A DNA stretch of 64,000 bases from an uncultured archaeon (GTDB lineage Archaea; Aenigmatarchaeota; Aenigmatarchaeia; QMZP01; JAFGSV01). Positions 8,194 through 18,255 of the stretch are shown here, piece after piece (position 1 is the stretch's first letter; each line of letters opens with the position of its first letter). Location of the stretch: NCBI GenBank assembly GCA_964559215.1, contig CAZLFZ010000001.1, positions 3,985 to 67,984 of the forward strand, read 5' to 3'. A program made the position numbers and the translations under genes. The notes under the pieces are model-generated. The model did not search any database. It saw only the letters and a list, made by a program, of their open reading frames with translations, and was not told the DNA's origin.

Positions 8194-9297
8194 TCAGATT
8201 TTCAAAATGCCTAGCTTCAGCAGATAACGAACGGTGCCGAACTTTAGCAACAACTTGAAGTTTTTCTGGACCGCGCTTGCCAGGTCGCACGAAAAAAAGC
8301 AGTGCTTGCAGATATCCCCTTTTTTTATGATGTTTCGGATTTCAGCCGCCTTCTTCGAATACCAGATTTCCCTGATCGCTTTTTCCCTCAAGTTACCGAC
8401 TTTAGGCAGATTGTTGCAGAAATAAACATCGGCATAGGGGTTTATCGAGAACGTCCCTGATCCGGCATCGCATGGCAAAAACCTTTTTTTCTTCTCTATT
8501 TGCTTATGAGTGTAGTAATCAATGAAATGGTTCCTGGTGAAAAGTCCCTTTACCTGCTCATCGGTCAGCCCGAGATGCCTCTTGTCTATGTTCTTGTAAA
8601 AGGGATCCTGGAAAGAAGCCACGGTCAAGGAGCTGGGGAGGCCATTCGCATTGCAGAAGCGCTGAAGTTCTTGCATGTGATTGATGTTCATCTGCGAAAC
8701 CACGCACTGCGTGGTTAGCAGCAGGTTATCATGCTGCTTTTCCAGTTTTTTCAGGGCAAAAATCGTTTTGCTCGTTTTTTTGAAGGCGCCTCTCACACCC
8801 CTGATCCTGTCGTGGGTCTCACCCACTCCGTCCAGGCTCACGGAGATGCCCACATTCAATCTTAGACTTGGAACGACCTCCTTGACAAAGCCTGTTATTT
8901 TCTTTGTCAGGAAACCGTTTGTGGATATGTCTATTTCTTGGAGGTTTTTGCATTTGTCCTGCCACAGGAGAATTAAATCAATCAGGTCTTTCCTCAAGAA
9001 AGGCTCCCCGCCCGTGACATTCATGGTGCTCAAGGAAGACCAGAACGGCTTGTCGCTCAGCATATCCTCGTACTCGTCCAGCGTGATTGTCTTTGTCGAA
9101 TCCTGCAGCCTGCTGATATTGCACATCACGCAGTTGCCATTGCATCGCCAGGTGACTATGTTGACCAGATGCCTGGGCTTGGTAGCCTTGGATTTATCGA
9201 ACAGGCTTTGAGCGCTGTACCTCAGGCTGCCTAAGACGAAATTTATTTTTCTGGTATAAGATAATTTATCAATGCCCGTTGTCTCTTTTTCGCTCAT
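8194..9297 (-). CDS. Radical SAM protein with C-terminal SPASM/twitch-like Cys cluster
   Basis: 367 aa. 'CNGNCVMCN' CxxxCxxC near the N-terminus. C-terminal 'CDAGS...C...CKHCFFSC' auxiliary cluster cysteines. Confidence 0.65.
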   Translation of the reverse strand: MSEKETTGIDKLSYTRKINFVLGSLRYSAQSLFDKSKATKPRHLVNIVTWRCNGNCVMCNISRLQDSTKTITLDEYEDMLSDKPFWSSLSTMNVTGGEPFLRKDLIDLILLWQDKCKNLQEIDISTNGFLTKKITGFVKEVVPSLRLNVGISVSLDGVGETHDRIRGVRGAFKKTSKTIFALKKLEKQHDNLLLTTQCVVSQMNINHMQELQRFCNANGLPSSLTVASFQDPFYKNIDKRHLGLTDEQVKGLFTRNHFIDYYTHKQIEKKKRFLPCDAGSGTFSINPYADVYFCNNLPKVGNLREKAIREIWYSKKAAEIRNIIKKGDICKHCFFSCDLASAVQKNFKLLLKFGTVRYLLKLGILKI

Positions 9298-9350
9298 TTT
9301 ACCATTCGCTTAAAATCCTATTTATTAAAATCGCTAAATTAATTCATATT

Positions 9351-10271
9351 ATGCCAGTTTCATTTATAATCCTAACCTACAACTCAGCGAAAACCGTAAA
9401 GAAATGCTTGGAATCTGTTCTGAAACAAAAATGTAAAAAGGAGATAATGGTGGTTGATGGTTGTTCTACTGACAAAAGCGTAGAAATAGTGAAAAAAATC
9501 AAGGGTGTGCACATTCTTCTCGCCAAAAAGGATGGGATTGCCCCGGCAAGAAACATGGGCCTGAAAGCAGCCAGAGGCGATTATATTGCATTTGTCGATT
9601 CTGATGTCGTCCTGCCGCCAGGATGGTGTAAAAAGGCGATAAGCCTGCTCGAAAGGGACGAAAAAATCGCCGGGGTTGGAGGGCCTGGGATAAGTCCCGA
9701 AAAAGGGGCCGTCACAGAATCGCTGAACATGCTCCTTTTTGGAAAAACCCCGGCTGAGGAAAGGGAGGTCAGATCAATAGCAACGATGGATGCCATGTAC
9801 AAGAGAGAAGCCGTGGCCGGGCATGTTTTCGATGAAACGCTCGAGACCGGGGAAGACCCGGAATTCAATCTGAGGCTGATCAAAAGAGGTTACAAGCTAT
9901 TGTTCTCGGAAAAATTGCGGGTCTGGCACCATCACCCCGTGAGTTTAGGCGGGCTTGTAAAGAAATGGTACAACTATGGGAAGAATTACCCTATCATGTG
10001 CTCCAGGCACAGGGAATTCAAAAGCAAGGAATATTACGTCAGGATCTCTTACATGCCGTTGCTTATAGCCTTTCTCCTTCTTTCACTTTACGAAATAAAT
10101 TTCGCATTTTTGGCGTTTTTGCAGGTCTTTTCACTTTATCTTATTTATTTTGTAAAGGGTCTCAAGATTGGCGCGGGGCTCAAAACACCGGTTTTTTCAG
10201 GCATACACACACTGAAGCAACTCGCGCAGCTCGCTGGGAATCTGGTCGGTTTGAAGAAAGTGATGAGGTAG
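9351..10271 (+). CDS. Glycosyltransferase family 2
   Basis: 'VSFIILTYNSAKTVKKCLESV...DGCSTD...AFVDSDV' carries the GT2 DXD and a canonical N-terminus. The start is moved from the longer ORF to the ATG at 9351. Its C-terminus has TM helices. Confidence 0.65.
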   Translation: MPVSFIILTYNSAKTVKKCLESVLKQKCKKEIMVVDGCSTDKSVEIVKKIKGVHILLAKKDGIAPARNMGLKAARGDYIAFVDSDVVLPPGWCKKAISLLERDEKIAGVGGPGISPEKGAVTESLNMLLFGKTPAEEREVRSIATMDAMYKREAVAGHVFDETLETGEDPEFNLRLIKRGYKLLFSEKLRVWHHHPVSLGGLVKKWYNYGKNYPIMCSRHREFKSKEYYVRISYMPLLIAFLLLSLYEINFAFLAFLQVFSLYLIYFVKGLKIGAGLKTPVFSGIHTLKQLAQLAGNLVGLKKVMR

Positions 10272-11345
10272 CTATCTCCTTCCAAAAAGCCTCCAGCTCT
10301 TTCCCTCTATGTCGCTTATCCTGACATCATGCAGTTTGGCGTCCATTGCCCACTGCTCGACTTCGTGCCTCGTGTAATAGTTGTTGATGGGGGTCGCAAG
10401 CAAGTCGAAAGCGTCCGCGTGCTTTACCCGGAAAGGGAACCTTGCGTAGCCTTTGAACGGCACATAATTCGATAAACTTCTTGTCGCGTCATTGCCGTTG
10501 AGGAAATTGTAAATGAGATTGCATGAATGATAAATCCCTGCCGGCAGATAGCATAAGTAATACAACATCCTGTGCGGCATCCTGGATGTGATTTTCCTTA
10601 TAATTCCCTCCACCACATGTATTTTGAACCACCGGCCCTCCCGGCCGTAAAGCCAGACGAATATCGTGGTGCCTTTTTTCATCAAATTCACAAGGCTCAT
10701 GAAGCCCTTTTTGGGCCCCGGCAAGTGATGTAAAACGCCAATGGACATGATGAAGTCAAATTCGTGCCTGAACGGAGGATTGTAGATGTCCCCCTGCACT
10801 ATGTGCACATGCTCGAATTTCCTGCAGTTTTTGTAGGCGGCCTCAACCGCATCGCTCAGGTCAAAACCCACGACCTCGGCCCCGTATTTCGCCGCATAAT
10901 ATGTGTGCCGCCCGCTACCGCAGCCTGCATCAAGCACCACCTTGTTTTTGAAAAACGATGGCTTGAGGGGCTTGATATAATTCAGAAAGTTCTTTTCATA
11001 CTCCACGAACATTTCAGAGAAGACGTTCCACTGGAATCCGAAGGATTTTGATGTTAGCTCCTTGATTTTTTCGGTTTCGGCTCTTGTTTCCGTGCCGGTT
11101 TTGGGTATTTTTTCCCTATATTTTTCCAGGAAGGTGTTCAGCAGAAATTTGTTTATCATCGAAAGCGGCATCATCCTCGGTATCCCGTTAATCACGGGAT
11201 ACCATTTGCCGCATTTCTTGCAGGTAAGCACGCCTTCTAGCATTTCCCTTTTACCGGAGTAAGAAAACGCCTTCGACTGTAATGCGCCTTGGCATGCCGG
11301 GCATATCAGAATCTTGAGAAGGTTTCTTTTCATCTTGGGCACCAA
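10272..11345 (-). CDS. Class I SAM-dependent methyltransferase with N-terminal Trm112-like zinc ribbon
   Basis: 357 aa. N-terminal 'CPACQGAL...CKKCGKWYPVINGIPRMM' followed by 'VLDAGCGSGRH' (motif I) and 'GVLHHLPGP'. Confidence 0.6.
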   Translation of the reverse strand: MVPKMKRNLLKILICPACQGALQSKAFSYSGKREMLEGVLTCKKCGKWYPVINGIPRMMPLSMINKFLLNTFLEKYREKIPKTGTETRAETEKIKELTSKSFGFQWNVFSEMFVEYEKNFLNYIKPLKPSFFKNKVVLDAGCGSGRHTYYAAKYGAEVVGFDLSDAVEAAYKNCRKFEHVHIVQGDIYNPPFRHEFDFIMSIGVLHHLPGPKKGFMSLVNLMKKGTTIFVWLYGREGRWFKIHVVEGIIRKITSRMPHRMLYYLCYLPAGIYHSCNLIYNFLNGNDATRSLSNYVPFKGYARFPFRVKHADAFDLLATPINNYYTRHEVEQWAMDAKLHDVRISDIEGKSWRLFGRR

Positions 11346-11395
11346 ACCAGCTTAATAACGAATATGGTTAAATGATATAAATTGGTTCAACGAGT

Positions 11396-13192
11396 TTAAT
11401 GAACCGAGTTGCATGGTGTTCTGTAGATTTTTACCACAGGCGCGCCGTCAGCGAGCACGGAATGGACGGGGGAGCTCAAGTCCATGCATTCTCTTGTAAG
11501 TTCGTTTATATGGGCCTCGCTCTCGAAAAGGCCGCTCCTTGACATGAGCACGATGTAGTCCGCATCTTGCATCGTTTCCGGTCTCTCGATGACATCGTAA
11601 TAACTGACTATTTCAATATCGTCCCTCAGCAACGCATCCTGCTCAAAACTGAACTGGCCGAGCCCAACTGATGTGACATTGAATCTCGTTTTTATCTGCC
11701 CGATATCTCCGTATTTGTACGTGTTGAATATGTTGTGGGCCATAGGGATGTAAATCTTGGCATTCTCGACAGCGTTCTCGTTCAGCCAGCCAACTACCTC
11801 CAGATAAGGCTCTCCGGACCACACAGTCTCGTACAAGCCCGAATTGTAAACACCACCCGTACCTCCAACCATGAGATTGAAGTACGTATCAGTGTGCCCC
11901 TTCCAGATTGCAGCGAATCCAGGTGCTATCAGCAGCCCCGCAACCATGATTGTGAGGATGTTCTGCTTCTTCCTTAAAAGGACGGGGATTTTTGCAGAAT
12001 TAAGCAGGGAGTCCGCACCTATGCCGGACAGAATGCCAATGAACAGGAACGACTGCATGAACTGCTGGACGCCGTTGTATGCCACCTGAGAAACGCTCAA
12101 AATCAACAAGGGGGTCAGGGCGCTCAAAAGGAACAGCATGGATGTCCTGTTTTTGTTCGTCTTTGTATCTTTTATGGCAATGTAGCTGCCTAGGCAGGCG
12201 AATAGCAGTATCGGCACCGGCAAGGTAGCGGCTGCTAGGGAAAATATGTACAAAAACGATGGATGGGTAACCACGGTGCCAAGGAAATAAACGGGAACGG
12301 CACCCGTACTTATTGTACTCAGGTAATATGACTTCCACCAAACGAACCTGCTTATCGTATTGTGCCACAGCCAAGGCCATGACATAACCCATACGATGGG
12401 CGTGACAATTATCAGCGAAAGAACTGTGACCATTATCTTCGGGGGTTTCAGGCTTGCCATCCGATGTACGTTATCCAACACCTTGTCCCGGTAGCTGACC
12501 AGCAACCACACGATTATAATCACTGGGATGAAGACCGCCTGAGCCTTGGTCGCCAGGGCTAAACCCAGCATGACCCCTGAAAGCAGGCCATATTTCCAGT
12601 TTTTCATCCCAAGCCAAAAGAACCACAACGTCAGCACCCAAAATATTGCTACAGGCTCGTCCATCAGGACGTATTTGGAATGTGCGAAAAACCTTGGAAT
12701 GAAGATTATAGAGAGAACCGAGAACAGGGCTGCCCTTCTGCTATGCGTCCCCCTTACAAAAAGATACACTGCAGCAAGGCCTATCGCAGTTAAAAGTATT
12801 ATCGCAATGCGATGGGCCATTATGGAAGAAATAACATTGAGGCTGCCGCCGTTGAGGAACCAGATCCCAGCCCAGGTGATGCCGGACATCGTTATAGACA
12901 GCTTCGGTCTTCCCTCCCAGCACCTGCTTGCCCATTCGGCATTGATTTCATTGACATCCCTGGCGAGTTCGAAGTCAAGCGTCAGGTCGCAGAAGAACAA
13001 GTCTGGTTTGCCCGTGGCCATCGAGTAAAGGGAATACGCCCTGGCCTTTGCCTGCGCTATGTATCTGTTCTCATCGATTGTAATCCCCGTTGCCGGCAGG
13101 CTCCATAATGCGCCAACCAGATACACGGATAACAGGAACGATATCGCCAGCAAATCCGCTTTCGGATCCTTTAGGTGATTCTCCAAAATCAT
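11396..13192 (-). CDS. Polytopic membrane protein, GT-C-fold glycosyltransferase candidate (ArnT/PMT-like)
   Basis: 598 aa with about 11 predicted hydrophobic helices in the first 430 aa, then a roughly 170-aa soluble C-terminal domain. Acidic 'DE' in an early loop. No WWDYG motif, so it is not a canonical AglB. Confidence 0.4.
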   Translation of the reverse strand: MILENHLKDPKADLLAISFLLSVYLVGALWSLPATGITIDENRYIAQAKARAYSLYSMATGKPDLFFCDLTLDFELARDVNEINAEWASRCWEGRPKLSITMSGITWAGIWFLNGGSLNVISSIMAHRIAIILLTAIGLAAVYLFVRGTHSRRAALFSVLSIIFIPRFFAHSKYVLMDEPVAIFWVLTLWFFWLGMKNWKYGLLSGVMLGLALATKAQAVFIPVIIIVWLLVSYRDKVLDNVHRMASLKPPKIMVTVLSLIIVTPIVWVMSWPWLWHNTISRFVWWKSYYLSTISTGAVPVYFLGTVVTHPSFLYIFSLAAATLPVPILLFACLGSYIAIKDTKTNKNRTSMLFLLSALTPLLILSVSQVAYNGVQQFMQSFLFIGILSGIGADSLLNSAKIPVLLRKKQNILTIMVAGLLIAPGFAAIWKGHTDTYFNLMVGGTGGVYNSGLYETVWSGEPYLEVVGWLNENAVENAKIYIPMAHNIFNTYKYGDIGQIKTRFNVTSVGLGQFSFEQDALLRDDIEIVSYYDVIERPETMQDADYIVLMSRSGLFESEAHINELTRECMDLSSPVHSVLADGAPVVKIYRTPCNSVH

Positions 13193-13294
13193 CCGGCATC
13201 ACTTTATAATGACATTTGATATTGTTAATAATTAAATATTCTATCTATCTATGTTAAAACAAAATAAAACAAGAGGTCGGTCGTCTTGAAAGTA

Positions 13295-14752
13295 ATGATA
13301 ACATACCCTCCCATCGAATCTGAAAAGGGATTCCCCCTGCTGTCCCAGAACAGGCAGTTCCAGTGGTTCAACAATCCCACCTTGCTGTTCCCGGTAATTC
13401 CGGCGTCTGCAGCGACATTGCTTGACAGCAAGGGCTACGATGTCGTGTGGCTCGATGCCATCGCCGAGGGTTTGCCTTATGATGAGTATGTGGAATTTTT
13501 CAGGAGGGAGAGTCCTGACCTGGTCGCAATCGAAACCAAAACCCCCGTGATCAGGCGTCATTGGATAATAATCAACGAACTGAAAAAAATCTCACCGAAG
13601 ACGCGTTTTGTGCTGATGGGCGACCATGCAACCGCTTTGCCAAAAGAGTCGTTGGAGGAATGCGCTGGGCTCGATTTTGTGATTACGGGAGGGGACTACG
13701 ATTTTTTCCTGCTGGACCTGTGCGACTATCTGTCAAAAAAATCCAAAAAACCGCCTCATGGCCTGTGGTATCGCAAAGGCGATGCTATAAAGAACACGGG
13801 CCGGTTCCAGCTCAGCCACAACCTGGACGATCTGCCTTTCATAGACAGGGAGCTGACAAAAGGCAGCTTGTATAACGTGGAATACAACATCAAGGCGAGG
13901 CCCTTCGCCTACACGATGGCGGGCAGGGACTGCCCCTATCACAAATGCAAATTCTGCGCGTGGCCCATACTATTTCCGACGTTCAGGACGAGGAGCCCGG
14001 ACAATGTCTTGGACGAGATAGGCATGCTCATCGAGCGCTACGGGGTCAAAGAGGTCTTTGACGATACAGGGACCTTCCCACCGGGGGCATGGCTGAACAA
14101 GTTCTGCAAGGGTATGATAGATCGTGGTTACAACAAGCGGATAAGATTCTCGTGTAACATGAGGGTGGATTACATAAACGGGGAAAACGCGAGGATGATG
14201 AGGGAGGCGGGATTCAGGCTGCTTAAGGTGGGCCTTGAATCGGCCAACCAGACGACTCTTGACAGAATCAACAAGGGTATAAAGGTTGAGCAGATAACGC
14301 AAGCCTGCAAGATAGCGAAAAGGGTGGGCCTTGAGATTCACCTCACGATGATTGTGGGATATCCTTGGGAAACGAAAGGGGAAACAATGGAAACAATGGA
14401 GCTTGCAAAGGAGTTGATGACTAGCGGAAAGGCTGACGTCCTGCAGTCGACTGTCTTGGTTCCATATCCCGGGACGCCCTTGTGGAAAGAGGGGCTCAAA
14501 GAGGGATGGTTCAGATTCGACCCAGCGTCCTACGAGCGCTACGACATGTCGGAGCCTGTCTTCAAAACCCCCGACATGTCCTCGGGGGATGTTATGGAAA
14601 TGTGCAATTCAATCTACAGGAGTTTCGTTACCCCAGGATACATCATGAGGCGTTTGGTTGAAATAAGGTCCTGGAATGACATAAAGTATCTCCTGAGAGG
14701 TTTCAAGGCCGTGTTGGGTCACATGAAGGATTTTTCAAGAAAAGCTGGGTGA
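13295..14752 (+). CDS. B12-binding radical SAM enzyme (class B radical SAM)
   Basis: An N-terminal Rossmann-like cobalamin-binding domain followed by 'AGRDCPYHKCKFCAW' CxxxCxxC. ATG at 13295 chosen inside the TTG-initiated ORF. Confidence 0.7.
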   Translation: MITYPPIESEKGFPLLSQNRQFQWFNNPTLLFPVIPASAATLLDSKGYDVVWLDAIAEGLPYDEYVEFFRRESPDLVAIETKTPVIRRHWIIINELKKISPKTRFVLMGDHATALPKESLEECAGLDFVITGGDYDFFLLDLCDYLSKKSKKPPHGLWYRKGDAIKNTGRFQLSHNLDDLPFIDRELTKGSLYNVEYNIKARPFAYTMAGRDCPYHKCKFCAWPILFPTFRTRSPDNVLDEIGMLIERYGVKEVFDDTGTFPPGAWLNKFCKGMIDRGYNKRIRFSCNMRVDYINGENARMMREAGFRLLKVGLESANQTTLDRINKGIKVEQITQACKIAKRVGLEIHLTMIVGYPWETKGETMETMELAKELMTSGKADVLQSTVLVPYPGTPLWKEGLKEGWFRFDPASYERYDMSEPVFKTPDMSSGDVMEMCNSIYRSFVTPGYIMRRLVEIRSWNDIKYLLRGFKAVLGHMKDFSRKAG

Positions 14753-14756
14753 AGAT

Positions 14757-16049
14757 ATGGGGAAATACACAGCATACCCAGAAAAATTTGACAGGCAGCT
14801 TGATAAAGTGTTCGAAAAGGTAATCAAAGCCATCAGACAAGAAACAGATCCCGTTTCCATAATCTTGTTCGGTGGTTTTGGAAAGGGCGAGGGGAGCGCA
14901 GAAATAAAAAACGGGAAAATAATAGCGATGAACGACTTTGATTTATACGTCATCACCAAAGAAAAGGTCCCTGCATCTTTCTCGGATTATCTCACGGAAA
15001 AGTCATCAAAGGCCATAGGTGTTGGCGGCCTCGATTTCGTAGAGCACCCTGGCGAAAAGTACGACCCGCTCAAATTCTTCCATGTCGATGTTAGATGCAT
15101 AAGTTTTGACGAGTTGTCACGTCTCAGGAAAACGCAGAGAACCTTCGAGCTCAAGTACAGCAGCCAGGTGATCTGGGGTGACGAGAACGTTTTGGATAGG
15201 ATAAAGGATATAGGTGCCAACGAACTGCCGGTTCCCGAAGGAATCAGGCCTATGTTCAACAAGTTTGATACCCTTCTTCTTTGCATGGATGAAAAGAAAC
15301 TAAAAGGCGAGCTGGATGAAAATGAAAAGCGGATTATCGTTTTCTATTCCATGAAGGCGTTCATCACATGCGCCGAGGCCCTCCTCGTATTTAGCGGGAA
15401 TTTCAAGCCGACTTACTCGGAGAGATCAAGGGAACTGAAAAGGATATTTCACAAGGAGTTTCCAAGACTTAGGAAAAAAATCCCGGACCTGCCAAAAAAG
15501 GTTGAGTTGGCTACCAATTTCAAGCTGAAGCCAAACTTCAACATACCGGATTCTGTAAGGCTGTGGTTTGAAGCGAGGGATTGCCTGGGAACGGTGTTCA
15601 GGTATGTGATATCCGAATATCTTTCTCTCGAGTCTGACGATTGGCAAACCGTTGCGGACTCCTTTTATTCCGGAATGCCATTCAAATATTTCGAGCCTTA
15701 CATAGGCGAAATGCTTGAAAGAGTACACTTGCCGAAAATCCTGTCAAAGGTCTTGCTTCCTAGTCAGTACTTCCTGAACATACTGTATGCAAAGAAGCTG
15801 AAGGGGGCTGGAGAGTTCACGGTGAAGCCCCTACTGAGCTGGAAGGATGTGGGCCTCAAACTACCGGTTCCTCTTTTCCTGTTTCTGTTCTCGATAAAAA
15901 GGAATGGCAAATGCGATGCTAAATTGCTTGAGCTGAGCAAAAAATACCTGAATAAAATAAAAACAGTGAGAGCCGATATCGGATGGGAGGATTTGAGGAA
16001 AGAGATACTCTGTCTGTATGGGTTATATTATTTGCAAAAACTAATATGA
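14757..16049 (+). CDS. Pol-beta-superfamily nucleotidyltransferase-domain protein (430 aa), function unknown
   Basis: 'ILFGGFGKGEGS...NDFDLYVIT' matches the hG[GS]x9-13DhD NTase signature. A long helical C-terminal region follows. Confidence 0.35.
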   Translation: MGKYTAYPEKFDRQLDKVFEKVIKAIRQETDPVSIILFGGFGKGEGSAEIKNGKIIAMNDFDLYVITKEKVPASFSDYLTEKSSKAIGVGGLDFVEHPGEKYDPLKFFHVDVRCISFDELSRLRKTQRTFELKYSSQVIWGDENVLDRIKDIGANELPVPEGIRPMFNKFDTLLLCMDEKKLKGELDENEKRIIVFYSMKAFITCAEALLVFSGNFKPTYSERSRELKRIFHKEFPRLRKKIPDLPKKVELATNFKLKPNFNIPDSVRLWFEARDCLGTVFRYVISEYLSLESDDWQTVADSFYSGMPFKYFEPYIGEMLERVHLPKILSKVLLPSQYFLNILYAKKLKGAGEFTVKPLLSWKDVGLKLPVPLFLFLFSIKRNGKCDAKLLELSKKYLNKIKTVRADIGWEDLRKEILCLYGLYYLQKLI

Positions 16050-16133
16050 TAATACAAGCCGGCGAATACGTACATGGCAACGAGCAGACTGGCCGTTGCA
16101 TTGTAAGCTCTGGACGCCGGCAGGTGTGTATAT

Positions 16134-17282
16134 ATGTTATGCATATGCATAGACGCTTTCAAGCCCGATTATCTCAGATGCACCAAATATCTCAAATCCA
16201 TTGCCAAAGAATCCATGCATGGCGAACTGGAAAGCATCCTGGGATTCAGCGGCATAACAGCGACATTTCTGACCGGGACGTTCCCCAAAAAGCACGGGAT
16301 TGTGTCGATGTTCGATTATTCGCCAAGGTCATCAGTGGGGTGGGTCGGCAAGTACTCATTCCTTGGACGGACCATGCTCAATATAGCGATAAACCTGAAC
16401 AGGTACCTGAGGGATCAGAGATTCTTTTTCAAAATCCCTAAAATGCCGATCAAGTGGATGAAGTATTTCGACACGTGCTTGAACAAGGCGTTCCCCCAAG
16501 CTGGCTCTCTCAGGGTGAAGAGCCTTTACGATATCCTGAGGGAGAACGATAAGACATTCTGCGCCGTGGACTGGCCCAACGTAATACATTCCAAAGGCAG
16601 GTCTGTATTCATGTCCCATTCCAAGGAAAAAATCCTAAGCATAACCGAAAAGATGCTCAGAAAGGATCCAGACTTCTGTTTCACACATTTCTTCGAGCTG
16701 GATTATGTAGCGCATGAGTTCGGGACAACGTCAAAAGAACTCAAGGATGAGGTCAGGATGCTGGACGAGACCATAGAGAAGCTCGACACGGATGACTTGT
16801 TCGTCTTTTCCGACCATGGCATGATTGACGTCAAGGGGGGAGTCGATATCGCCCCTCTCATAGAAGACACAGGACTGGAGTTCGGCAAGGACTTCGCATA
16901 CTTCCTTGATTCGACGATGGCCCGCTTCTGGTTTAGGAAAGGGGATGCAGGCAAGGAGATCGAAGAAAAGCTGCTCGACATCAAGGGCGGTCACGTGCTA
17001 ACCCAGCAACAAATCGGCATGGTGTATAAACTCCCGCTTGATTGCTGCGATATGATATTCCTTGCAGACCCTGGCATCGTGATTAAAAGCAACTTCTTCC
17101 AAGGAGATGAACCGGTCAAGGCTATGCATGGATATGACCCCCGCCAGCCAGACCAGTTCGCGTTCTATCTGCTGAAAACGGGCGGTGAGAAAAAAAGCGC
17201 GAGAATGGTCGATATGCTGCCCACCCTGCTGGATTTCATGAACCTTCCTGGCATCAAGTGCGATGGAAAATCACTTCTTTGA
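16134..17282 (+). CDS. Alkaline-phosphatase-superfamily enzyme (type I phosphodiesterase / nucleotide pyrophosphatase-like)
   Basis: Starts 'MLCICIDAFKPDYL' (metal-ligand Asp box typical of the NPP/AP family). 'FVFSDHGM' His box later. Confidence 0.5.
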   Translation: MLCICIDAFKPDYLRCTKYLKSIAKESMHGELESILGFSGITATFLTGTFPKKHGIVSMFDYSPRSSVGWVGKYSFLGRTMLNIAINLNRYLRDQRFFFKIPKMPIKWMKYFDTCLNKAFPQAGSLRVKSLYDILRENDKTFCAVDWPNVIHSKGRSVFMSHSKEKILSITEKMLRKDPDFCFTHFFELDYVAHEFGTTSKELKDEVRMLDETIEKLDTDDLFVFSDHGMIDVKGGVDIAPLIEDTGLEFGKDFAYFLDSTMARFWFRKGDAGKEIEEKLLDIKGGHVLTQQQIGMVYKLPLDCCDMIFLADPGIVIKSNFFQGDEPVKAMHGYDPRQPDQFAFYLLKTGGEKKSARMVDMLPTLLDFMNLPGIKCDGKSLL

Positions 17283-18251
17283 TCCTTTATTCCTGGCAAT
17301 CAGCCCGCAAAGGAAACCAACGCCGTATGATATATGCGTAAGTATTATGCCAGGGAAGACCAGCCAGAACCTTTTCGGGCTCTTCAGCAAGCTCGCAGCA
17401 GCGACAACCACGACATAAAGAAGCACGGCGCCTGTGTAAAGGTTTCTGATTAAGGGGATTTGCAGCCACGGATTGAAAGACAACATGAAGCCCGATACCA
17501 GCGCCAGCACGAATATGGATGGGAGGAAGTAAAAAATCTTGTCTTTTGAGAAGAAGCTTTTGACAATGTGGGCCTTGTCCCTTCCGTACACCCATATCTG
17601 TTGCAGGTGCGGCCTGAAGAGGGGCCTTCTGTGATGGTACACTATGACGCCGGGGTCGTATACTATCTTCTTGCCGAGCTTTCTGGCTTCAAAGCATAGC
17701 TTGGCGTCTTCTGCCGTGAGCAATGAAGCGTCGAAACCGCCTATCCTGTTGAAGAGTTTCCTTTTCACGAGCAGATTGCATGAAGGCAGTTCGTTCACTT
17801 CCCTGTAACTCGTCATGGAATACCTGGCAGCGAAATGCCCGGCGGCTATCCTTGAGGAAAGAACGTCGTCACTCGCTTTCTGCAACATGCCATCATCCGG
17901 GGGCAAGAGGTTTGGCCCGCCTGTCACTTCGGCTCCCCGCTTCTCCATAACTTCCAATGCATTCCTTAGCCAGCTCTTCTCAGGATACGCATCTGAGTCT
18001 ATGAACGCAAGCACATCGGCACTGGTTTTCTTGGCAGCGGCATTCCTCTTGATGGAAGGCAAGACAGGACCCGTAGGCATTATCTTTGTCTTGGGAAACC
18101 TGTCATTTGAACCGGAATCCGGCAACAGTATTATGTCGAAATTGTCATAATCTAGTTTAAGGCATTCTCTCATGCACTGCTTTGTGTATGCGTCTATCTC
18201 CCTGCAAGGGATTATTATCGACACTTTTGGGGGAGTTTTCATATTTTTCAT
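17271..18251 (-). CDS. Glycosyltransferase family 2 with C-terminal TM helices
   Basis: 'VSIIIPCREID...LAFIDSDAYP' DXD. C-terminal hydrophobic segments. Confidence 0.65.
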   Translation of the reverse strand: MKNMKTPPKVSIIIPCREIDAYTKQCMRECLKLDYDNFDIILLPDSGSNDRFPKTKIMPTGPVLPSIKRNAAAKKTSADVLAFIDSDAYPEKSWLRNALEVMEKRGAEVTGGPNLLPPDDGMLQKASDDVLSSRIAAGHFAARYSMTSYREVNELPSCNLLVKRKLFNRIGGFDASLLTAEDAKLCFEARKLGKKIVYDPGVIVYHHRRPLFRPHLQQIWVYGRDKAHIVKSFFSKDKIFYFLPSIFVLALVSGFMLSFNPWLQIPLIRNLYTGAVLLYVVVVAAASLLKSPKRFWLVFPGIILTHISYGVGFLCGLIARNKGSKK

Positions 18252-18255
18252 ATGA

